Shown here: in pieces, positions 1 through 5,581 of the stretch | How the letters are laid out: every line of letters starts with the position of its first letter | Position numbering within the stretch: the stretch's first letter is position 1 | Assembly: GCF_000711975.1 (NCBI RefSeq) | Contig: NZ_JONT01000020.1 | Span: 1-24,000, forward strand | DNA length: 24,000 nucleotides | Source of the DNA: Desulfofalx alkaliphila DSM 12257 | GTDB taxonomy: Bacteria; Bacillota; Desulfotomaculia; Desulfotomaculales; Desulfohalotomaculaceae | Direction: 5' to 3' | Notes under the pieces: model-generated | Seen by the model: only the letters and a program-made list of their open reading frames with translations | Database searches by the model: none | What the model was told of the DNA's origin: nothing | Program-made: the position numbers and the translations under genes

Positions 1-50
1 CTTCTGAACCATTTAAAGTTCTTCCGAAGTAAATAAAGTTCTTCAGAAAC
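1..50 (-). repeat. Two to three closely spaced inverted-orientation copies of the 17-18 nt motif GTTTCrGAAGAACTTTAT (reverse complement at 33-50 and 14-29; a partial copy at 1-9 is cut by the window edge)
   Basis: The reverse complement of 33-50 is gtttctgaagaactttat. The reverse complement of 14-29 is cttcggaagaacttta. The reverse complement of 1-9 is gttcagaag. These are the same motif as the direct copies at 356, 442 and 489. Confidence 0.7.
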
Positions 51-76
51 CACTCCTGTCAAAGGGGTGGTTTTTT
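50..76 (+). terminator. Rho-independent terminator-like hairpin
   Basis: ccactcc (50-56), loop tgtcaaa, ggggtgg (64-70, one G-U pair), followed by T6 (71-76). Confidence 0.6.
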
Positions 77-261
77 CCATTTTTACAGTCATGGGTAAGG
101 GTTATAAGGGAAAGAAAACAGGAGTGAAAAGGCGGGCAGAAAACAGGAAGAATACCAGGGCCAAGGATTAAGGAGTATGAGAAAACTCCTGAAACAGTTG
201 ATAATACTGGGTTTAAAGCAGGGAAAGAGACAGGGGTTAAGACAGGGGTTAATGTTCAAGT

Positions 262-317
262 GAGAAAGGGGAAAAGAGGAAAAAGGAAAAAAGGGGGAGA
301 AAAGGGGAGGAGAAAAA
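262..317 (+). repeat. 56-nt uninterrupted polypurine (A/G only) tract inside a strongly purine-skewed, GGA-rich region (about 85-345)
   Basis: Direct reading: gagaaaggggaaaagaggaaaaaggaaaaaagggggagaaaaggggaggagaaaaa contains no pyrimidine. A second 24-nt pure-purine run lies at 419-442. Confidence 0.9.
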
Positions 318-355
318 TTGATTTTTTAAATATAAAATTGGAAATTTTGAGGGCA

Positions 356-509
356 GTTTCAGAAGAACTTTATTATCCTAAGCTGTCTGACAATTTGATT
401 TTAAGGGGTTAAAAAATTGGAGGGGAAAGGGGGAGAAAGGAGTTTCAGAAGAACTTTCCCAACGGTAGAATGCGGGTTTGCGGGGTATGTTTCGGAAGAA
501 CTTTATTTT
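356..509 (+). repeat. Three direct copies of the motif GTTTCrGAAGAACTTT(AT) at 356-373, 442-457 and 489-506
   Basis: The copies read gtttcagaagaactttat, gtttcagaagaacttt and gtttcggaagaactttat. Their orientation is opposite to the copies at 1-50. The last copy sits exactly where TRAP-permease similarity begins. Confidence 0.75.
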
Positions 510-512
510 GTG

Positions 513-902
513 GGAACATTTGTGGCTTGCAGTATCAGCGGGGCTAACCTTTGGAAAACCGGATTCCAAGCTATGAAGTTGGGCGTTACAGTCTTTATAA
601 TTCCAATTGCCTTTGTTTACAACCCCGCCCTTTTGATGTTTGGTACTGTCGGAGAAATAGTAATCTCTTTCGGTATAGTTGTGGTAGGCGGAGTCTTTTT
701 AGCTGCAGCCCTGCAAGGATATTTTTTCAAGGATATGGGTATTGCAGAAAGGCTTATGGTTGGTTTCGGCGGGGTTTTATTTATACTTAGTTCGGTTACG
801 TATGCATTTGTCGCCTTAGGTTTGGGGCTAATCGCGTGCGGACTGGCCTTAAACTGGTTTAAAAGGTCTACCGTTAATAAAGTGGTAAACGTAAATAAGT
901 AG
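513..902 (+). pseudogene. 5'-truncated remnant of a TRAP transporter fused (4TM/12TM, TAXI-type) permease; only the C-terminal ~130 aa is present
   Basis: The segment ...ISGANLWKTGFQAMKLGVTVFIIPIAFVYNPALLMFG... plus three further TM helices matches the conserved C-terminus of TRAP fused permeases, which normally exceed 600 aa. The upstream part of the ORF (417-512) is purine-rich junk starting at TTG. No N-terminal permease sequence is present in the window. Confidence 0.6.
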
Positions 903-934
903 TAATCATCTAGATGGTACACACTATTCCGTCG

Positions 935-963
935 GGTGGGGTGGGGCTTTGCCCCACCCCACC
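935..963 (+). terminator. Very strong GC hairpin after the TRAP remnant (13-bp stem, 3-nt loop) with a weak U-tail
   Basis: ggtggggtggggc ttt gccccaccccacc is a perfect inverted repeat. Confidence 0.6.
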
Positions 964-1020
964 ATTTAGGTAGGCCCGCAAAAAAACCAAAAGGGAACTT
1001 CCTTTGACAAAATCATTGTT

Positions 1021-1119
1021 TTACTTCTTATCTTTATTTAAGGTAGTAAGCTCATCCAATTTACTGAAAATTAATTCTTCATTCCGGCGTCTTTGTGCTG
1101 CATTGTTAACTATTTCCAT
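1021..1119 (-). CDS. Possible 32-aa small protein (MEIVNNAAQRRRNEELIFSKLDELTTLNKDKK), function unknown
   Basis: The ATG is preceded by GGAAGAGGG, a Shine-Dalgarno-like sequence. A weak hairpin plus T-run lies downstream on the minus strand (about 985-1006). It is too short for the ORF track and I recognise no family. Confidence 0.25.
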   Translation of the reverse strand: MEIVNNAAQRRRNEELIFSKLDELTTLNKDKK

Positions 1120-1178
1120 GGCTGTCCCTCTTCCACCTTCATAAGTCAAATCATGGTCAACACTATAAACAACAAAAC

Positions 1179-1199
1179 CACCCGCGAGGGTGTTTTTTT
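1179..1199 (+). terminator. Small hairpin plus T7, an orphan or bidirectional terminator
   Basis: caccc gcga gggtg is followed by ttttttt. An A-rich run precedes it, so it could work on either strand. Confidence 0.45.
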
Positions 1200-1436
1200 G
1201 TATAAGTTTATATTCTTACCCTGCTTGCTCGTTTTTACCAAATAAGTGACAGACATCTAATCTTATTTAACAAATACATAGGCGTGTATCGTATTGATTT
1301 ATTAAGAAGGCTATTTTAATATATATTAGGAAGGATATTGCGCATCATTTGTTAAATTTAGTAATTTAGAAAAGTTTTTATTTTTTAGTTGCTCTTTAAG
1401 TCAAGGTATGATATGGTAATTATAATTGCTATTAAT

Positions 1437-1451
1437 TAATAATAATTATAA
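1437..1451. promoter_or_regulatory. Candidate PerR/Fur-family operator (7-1-7 box)
   Basis: TAATAATAATTATAA differs at one defined position from the Bacillus PerR box TTATAATNATTATAA. It overlaps a TATAAT hexamer at 1447-1452, about 65 nt upstream of the rubredoxin/rubrerythrin operon. Confidence 0.45.
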
Positions 1452-1515
1452 TTTAATAGCGGTTATCTTTATGGCAGTATCCACGAGTTTTTCAAGGACA
1501 AAGGAGGTAAAGGGT

Positions 1516-2184
1516 GTGGGGAAATACGAATGTACTGTTTGCGGATATGTATACGATGAAGCAAAGGGTATTCCCGAAGCGAGTATTGGGCCGGGCACAG
1601 CATGGGCAGATGTACCTGAAGATTGGGTCTGCCCCCTATGTGGCGCAACAAAAGCTGAATTTAAAAAGCAAGGCGAGTCCAATGGGATTTTGAAAAAAAA
1701 GCCGGTATCTGTGGTTGAGGCATCAGGAGATATGAAGGACTTGTCTCCGTTAGAAGCCAGTGCCCTCTGTTCAAATCTGGCACGGGGATGTAAAATGCAG
1801 TACAAACCGGAGGCAGCTGCTCTCTTTGGGGAAGTGGCAGCTTATTTTAAGGGGGCAGCATCACCGGCAAAGGATCCCGATATTGACAAACTGATTTCGC
1901 TGCTCGAAAAAGATCTTGAAGAAGGTTTTCCAAATGCAAATGCAGTGGCATCCGAGGCAAAGGATCGCGGAGCCATGCGTGCACTTGTATGGAGTGAGAA
2001 GGTTACACGGATTTTAAAGTCGCTGCTGGTTCGCTATCAGAAAGAGGGCGAAGCAATGCTTGAAAACGCAGATATTAATGTTTGCACCATATGTGGATTT
2101 GTTTACATAGGAGACATTCCACCGGAAATTTGTCCGGTTTGCAAGGTGCCAAACTGGAAATTTGAAAAGGTGGAAGGGAGGTAA
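1516..2184 (+). CDS. Rubredoxin-domain protein: N-terminal rubredoxin, a helical domain resembling the rubrerythrin four-helix bundle but lacking its iron ligands, and a C-terminal rubredoxin-like Cys4 ribbon
   Basis: [10 protein letters not shown]...DWVCPLCGA is a canonical rubredoxin. The C-terminal CTICGFVY...[14 protein letters not shown] resembles the rubrerythrin C-terminal domain. I place the start at GTG 1516 because AAGGAGG (1501-1507) sits 8 nt upstream. The ORF-track start at 1426 and the ATG at 1472 have no ribosome-binding site and lie in AT-rich promoter DNA. Confidence 0.85.
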   Translation: MGKYECTVCGYVYDEAKGIPEASIGPGTAWADVPEDWVCPLCGATKAEFKKQGESNGILKKKPVSVVEASGDMKDLSPLEASALCSNLARGCKMQYKPEAAALFGEVAAYFKGAASPAKDPDIDKLISLLEKDLEEGFPNANAVASEAKDRGAMRALVWSEKVTRILKSLLVRYQKEGEAMLENADINVCTICGFVYIGDIPPEICPVCKVPNWKFEKVEGR

Positions 2185-2188
2185 TTAT

Positions 2189-3346
2189 ATGAGTCGGAAA
2201 CATGCAGTTAGAAATATACGCCTATGTACTAAAGACTGTTTGTGTCTTTATGTCTGCCCCACCGGCGCAACAGATACAGAGAACAGTATCATTGATGTTT
2301 CGAAATGCATTGGCTGTGGGGATTGTGCTGACGCCTGCCCCTCCGGTGCAATTTCCTTGGTGCCGGTAGAATATCCACCCCAGCAGGTAAAATCCGAAGC
2401 AGTAATAAATGTGATGAGGGCACTCTTGCGCAGCAAGACAGAGCAAGAAAATATTGCTTCAGGTTTACCCGGCAGGCTTGGCAAAGCAATCGAAATGTCC
2501 AATCGTATCATGGCGGAAGACCTCATTCGGGAAGCGGGTTATATGCTTCCCCAGAGTCAAAATGCTAAGGATTTTTTACAGTCACTGGTTGATAAGAAAC
2601 AGCCGGATGATTTTCCCATTGAAGTTGTAAAAAAATTGTTGGATCGTTATAATAAAAATATTATTATACAGGAGGATAAAAAAATGGTTAAATATCGTTG
2701 TACTGTTTGTGGTTATATTCATGAAGGAGAATTACCGGAGGATTTTAAATGTCCCAAATGCAAGAAACCTGCTTCGGTATTTGTATTAGTGGAAGAAAAA
2801 GCAGAAGCGGTAAACAAGTATGCCGGAACTAAGACGGAAAAGAATTTATTGGAGGCTTTTGCAGGAGAAAGTCAGGCACGAAATAAATATACGTATTTTG
2901 CAAGTATTGCCCAAAGGGAAGGCTTTGATCAGCTGGCTGAAATCTTTTTGAAAACAGCAAGAAATGAGCAGGAGCATGCTCGGATTTGGCTTGAGGAACT
3001 AGGGCTTTTAGGAAACACAGCTGAAAACCTTTTACAAGCGGCAGAAGGCGAGAATTATGAATGGACAGATATGTATGATCGCTTTGCAAAGGATGCCGAG
3101 GAAGAAGGGTTTAAGGAATTAGCTGAAAAGTTCCGTAGAGTTGCTGCCATTGAAAAGGCGCACGAAGAACGCTATCGTGCTTTACTAAAGAATGTAGAGA
3201 TGAAGCAGGTATTTGAAAAGGACGTAGAAACCATGTGGGAATGCCGTGTTTGCGGTCATCTTGTGGAAGGGAAAAAAGCCCCGGATGTATGTCCGGTCTG
3301 CAAATACAGCCAAAGTTATTTTGAGGTAAGAAAAGAAAACTATTAA
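2189..3346 (+). CDS. rbr: Ferredoxin-like (4Fe-4S) domain, linker, rubredoxin and rubrerythrin fusion protein
   Basis: The ATG at 2189 lies after GGAAGGGAGG. The N-terminus has [12 protein letters not shown] plus an atypical [12 protein letters not shown]. The rubredoxin is [12 protein letters not shown]...FKCPKCKKP. The rubrerythrin diiron motifs are [28 protein letters not shown] and EKAHEERY, with a C-terminal CRVCGH...CPVCKY. Confidence 0.9.
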   Translation: MSRKHAVRNIRLCTKDCLCLYVCPTGATDTENSIIDVSKCIGCGDCADACPSGAISLVPVEYPPQQVKSEAVINVMRALLRSKTEQENIASGLPGRLGKAIEMSNRIMAEDLIREAGYMLPQSQNAKDFLQSLVDKKQPDDFPIEVVKKLLDRYNKNIIIQEDKKMVKYRCTVCGYIHEGELPEDFKCPKCKKPASVFVLVEEKAEAVNKYAGTKTEKNLLEAFAGESQARNKYTYFASIAQREGFDQLAEIFLKTARNEQEHARIWLEELGLLGNTAENLLQAAEGENYEWTDMYDRFAKDAEEEGFKELAEKFRRVAAIEKAHEERYRALLKNVEMKQVFEKDVETMWECRVCGHLVEGKKAPDVCPVCKYSQSYFEVRKENY

Positions 3347-3382
3347 TAAACTCCTCAAACACAATTTGCTAATATTTAGCTA

Positions 3383-3410
3383 TTGAAATAATGTCAGTTT
3401 TATGTAATAT
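3383..3410 (+). promoter_or_regulatory. SigA-type promoter candidate for the riboswitch-ykkCD transcript
   Basis: TTGAAA (3383-3388), a 16-nt spacer, then TAATAT (3405-3410), about 20 nt upstream of the riboswitch. Confidence 0.5.
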
Positions 3411-3429
3411 ATAAGTAAATGCATAGTCT

Positions 3430-3558
3430 AGATGTTTTCTAGGGTTCCGCAACTGATTGTTGGTCTGGTCCGAGAGAAAACTCACAGTTTTACTGTGTCA
3501 CGGAAGGATAAAAGCCTGGGAGATAACTATTTAAAGTTTCTCTCAGGCTTTTGTTTTT
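3430..3558 (+). promoter_or_regulatory. ykkC leader: Guanidine-I riboswitch (ykkC/yxkD leader) with an intrinsic-terminator expression platform
   Basis: All hallmark blocks are present: CTAGGGTTCCG, CTGGTCCGAGAGAAAAC, an internal hairpin cacagttttactgtg, and CACGGAAGGATAAAAGCCTGGGAGA. The terminator stem is aagcctgggaga (3512-3523) pairing with tctctcaggctt (3539-3550), followed by ttgttttt. Confidence 0.9.
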
Positions 3559-3589
3559 CAGGGCAGTAATAAGATTGGAGGTTGTTTAG

Positions 3590-3931
3590 ATGAACGCAAA
3601 TTGGATTAAAGTATTTTTTGCTGCATTTTTTGAGGTCTTATGGGTTATTGGATTGAAGCATGCCAATGATTTTTGGACTTGGACCGGTACCGTTATATCT
3701 ATTATCATCAGCTTTTATGTATTGATTATGGCGGGGCGAAAACTGCCCGTGGGAACTGTATATGCGGTTTTTGTCGGGCTGGGCACAGCAGGCACTGTTA
3801 TTTCCGAAATACTTTTCTTCGGTGAACCATTCAAACTGAGTAAAGTACTTTTAATTTTACTCTTGTTAGCCGGTGTAATTGGTTTGAAAGTGGTTACAAA
3901 GGATGATGTTCAGGAGGTGGCCGATTCCTAA
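3590..3931 (+). CDS. ykkC: SMR-family guanidinium exporter subunit (Gdx/SugE clade, YkkC-like)
   Basis: 113 aa with 4 TM helices. [12 protein letters not shown]...[19 protein letters not shown]...IGLKVVT aligns closely with B. subtilis YkkC as I remember it. A GGAGG ribosome-binding site is present and the gene lies directly downstream of the guanidine riboswitch. Confidence 0.9.
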   Translation: MNANWIKVFFAAFFEVLWVIGLKHANDFWTWTGTVISIIISFYVLIMAGRKLPVGTVYAVFVGLGTAGTVISEILFFGEPFKLSKVLLILLLLAGVIGLKVVTKDDVQEVADS

Positions 3932-4245
3932 TGGCGTGGGTTTCTTTAGTTTTAGCAGGGTTATTTGAAACCTTTGGTGTTCTTATGATAAATAAGTTTC
4001 ATAAGGATCGGGATTGGAAATCAATTGTGTTATTAGTTATCGGATTTGGGGCAAGCTTTACATTTTTATCCCTGGCAATGAAAACGCTGCCCATGGGTAC
4101 AGCTTATGCAATTTGGACCGGAATTGGCGCCTCCGGTGGAGCCATTTTAGGTATGGTTCTGTATGGAGAATCTAAAGACTGGAGAAGAATTATCTTTATT
4201 GGCATGGTTATATTTGCTGCAATCGGTCTTAGGCTTGTTTCATAA
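3931..4245 (+). CDS. ykkD: SMR-family guanidinium exporter subunit (YkkD-like partner of the heterodimer)
   Basis: 104 aa with 4 TM helices. LPMGTAYAIWTGIGASGGAILG is the SMR signature. The start overlaps the ykkC stop (TAATG), indicating translational coupling. Confidence 0.9.
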   Translation: MAWVSLVLAGLFETFGVLMINKFHKDRDWKSIVLLVIGFGASFTFLSLAMKTLPMGTAYAIWTGIGASGGAILGMVLYGESKDWRRIIFIGMVIFAAIGLRLVS

Positions 4246-4288
4246 AAAACCAGGCCGCTAAAGGCCAGGAATGACAAGGGATTGATAT

Positions 4289-4346
4289 GCTCCCCCTTGA
4301 GTAGACACCTGAAATAACAAAAATTCAGGACTAGGCAAGGGGGAGC
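4289..4346. other. Nested stem-loop in the convergent intergenic region (11-bp GC-rich outer stem, 6-bp inner stem)
   Basis: gctcccccttg (4289-4299) pairs with caagggggagc (4336-4346). It encloses cctgaa (4308-4313) pairing with ttcagg (4324-4329). No U-tail follows on either strand. Confidence 0.5.
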
Positions 4347-4398
4347 GGTTCAGGATTGTGATGCCTGGCTTTTATGGAGTGGACTGACACCGGCCAGG

Positions 4399-5568
4399 TT
4401 ATTCTATCAATTTAACTTTGCTTCCTTGAGATAAATTAATACCGCCGTCCCGGATTATGATGTCACCTTCCTTTAGTCCGTTGGTGATTTCCACCTTATC
4501 ACTGTCTTCTATGCCGGTGGTTACTTGCTGTATCTTTACCCGCCCGTCCTTAACCACCAATACTTCTCTTTTGCCGTCAGCAGAGGTTCGCAGTGATTCC
4601 CGGGGGATTATAACAACATTATTACGGCTCATTGTTTCAATGGCTACGGTAACTTCATAACCTGGTTGCAAGTTGGCCGTTTCTTCCAGTGAAATAATCA
4701 CCGGTACCCGGCGCTGAATGACCCCTAGGGCGGATACCCTTTCCTCTGCCTGGGGATAGATTTCTTTGACTTTACCCGCCAGTACCTGGTTGCCTAGGCC
4801 CAGTGATGATACCTTAACCCGCTGGCCAACTTTTACATTGGCCAGATCATCGCTGAGAATATCGGCCTGTACCTCCATCTGATCCCTGGTAGATACAGTT
4901 ATCAGGTGTTGTCCCAAAGACACAATTTGGTCTTCTTTAACGGCCAATTCCAAAACAATGCCGTCAACCGGGCTTTTTACTACCAGTTGTTGTTCTTTGC
5001 TTGATAATTGGCCAATTAGTTCATTGAGCCCTGCTTCCTGGGCCAAGGAGTTTTCCAGCATAGAATTTTGCTCTTCCAACATATGCCGATAGCCTTCCAC
5101 TGCCAGCCTTGCATCTTCATACTCAACTTGGGTGGCAGCGCCGGCCTGGTGCAACTTTTCCATTCGCTGCAAATGGTTAACGGCATCGTTCAACCTTATC
5201 CGGGTCTGTTCTACCGCAGCCCGGGCCGCTTTTACCGAAGCACTTGCTTGAGATAAACGAGAGCGGTACTCACTGATTTGTATTTCTAAATCTTGGTTAC
5301 TCATGACCACCAGTGTCTGTCCCTCACTGACGGTGGCCCCGGTTTTCACCGGTACATCTACTACCTTAGCCTGTTGCTCAGCAAATAGACGGTGGTAGTT
5401 GGCTGGCTGAACATAGCCGGTGTCTTTAACTGTTTGCCTTATTTCGCCAATTACCGCCGGTACAGTATCAACTTCCACACCGCCGGTACTGCTTGCAATA
5501 AATACTGCCAAAGCCAATACCAGAGCACCTGCTGCTAAGAGAATTCTGCTTTTCTTATTTAACTTCAT
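4399..5568 (-). CDS. HlyD-family periplasmic adaptor (membrane fusion protein) of a MacAB-like efflux system
   Basis: An N-terminal TM anchor (ILLAAGALVLALAVFIA) is followed by a long coiled-coil segment flanked by beta-barrel-like segments. AAGGGGGG serves as the ribosome-binding site. It is the last gene of the ATPase-permease-adaptor operon. Confidence 0.85.
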   Translation of the reverse strand: MKLNKKSRILLAAGALVLALAVFIASSTGGVEVDTVPAVIGEIRQTVKDTGYVQPANYHRLFAEQQAKVVDVPVKTGATVSEGQTLVVMSNQDLEIQISEYRSRLSQASASVKAARAAVEQTRIRLNDAVNHLQRMEKLHQAGAATQVEYEDARLAVEGYRHMLEEQNSMLENSLAQEAGLNELIGQLSSKEQQLVVKSPVDGIVLELAVKEDQIVSLGQHLITVSTRDQMEVQADILSDDLANVKVGQRVKVSSLGLGNQVLAGKVKEIYPQAEERVSALGVIQRRVPVIISLEETANLQPGYEVTVAIETMSRNNVVIIPRESLRTSADGKREVLVVKDGRVKIQQVTTGIEDSDKVEITNGLKEGDIIIRDGGINLSQGSKVKLIE

Positions 5569-5581
5569 TATTACACCCCCC

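Noticed and set aside
91-260. Small ORFs in the purine-rich region: a 26-aa Lys/Arg-rich peptide (ATG at 91) and a 28-aa peptide (ATG at 177)
   Set aside because: The first has no ribosome-binding site. The second has AAGGAG only 1 nt from the ATG, which is too close. Both compositions simply mirror the A/G bias of the DNA.
1-509. The repeated GTTTCrGAAGAACTTT motif considered as a CRISPR array
   Set aside because: The repeat is only 16-18 nt. The spacings are irregular: about 19 nt between inverted copies, then 86 and 47 nt between direct copies. The copies also occur in both orientations. None of this fits CRISPR architecture.
551-922. ORFs at 551-790 (+) and 617-922 (-) overlapping the TRAP remnant
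   Set aside because: They are alternative-frame shadows of the membrane-protein frame. They lack ribosome-binding sites, have odd Cys/Arg-rich or Pro/Thr-rich composition, and show no recognisable motifs.
1426-1515. The N-terminal extension of the rubredoxin ORF given by the ORF track ([15 protein letters not shown]...)
   Set aside because: This stretch is AT-rich promoter-like DNA containing TATAAT hexamers and the PerR-like box, and it has no ribosome-binding site. A strong AAGGAGG sits 8 nt before the in-frame GTG at 1516, which yields a normal rubredoxin N-terminus.
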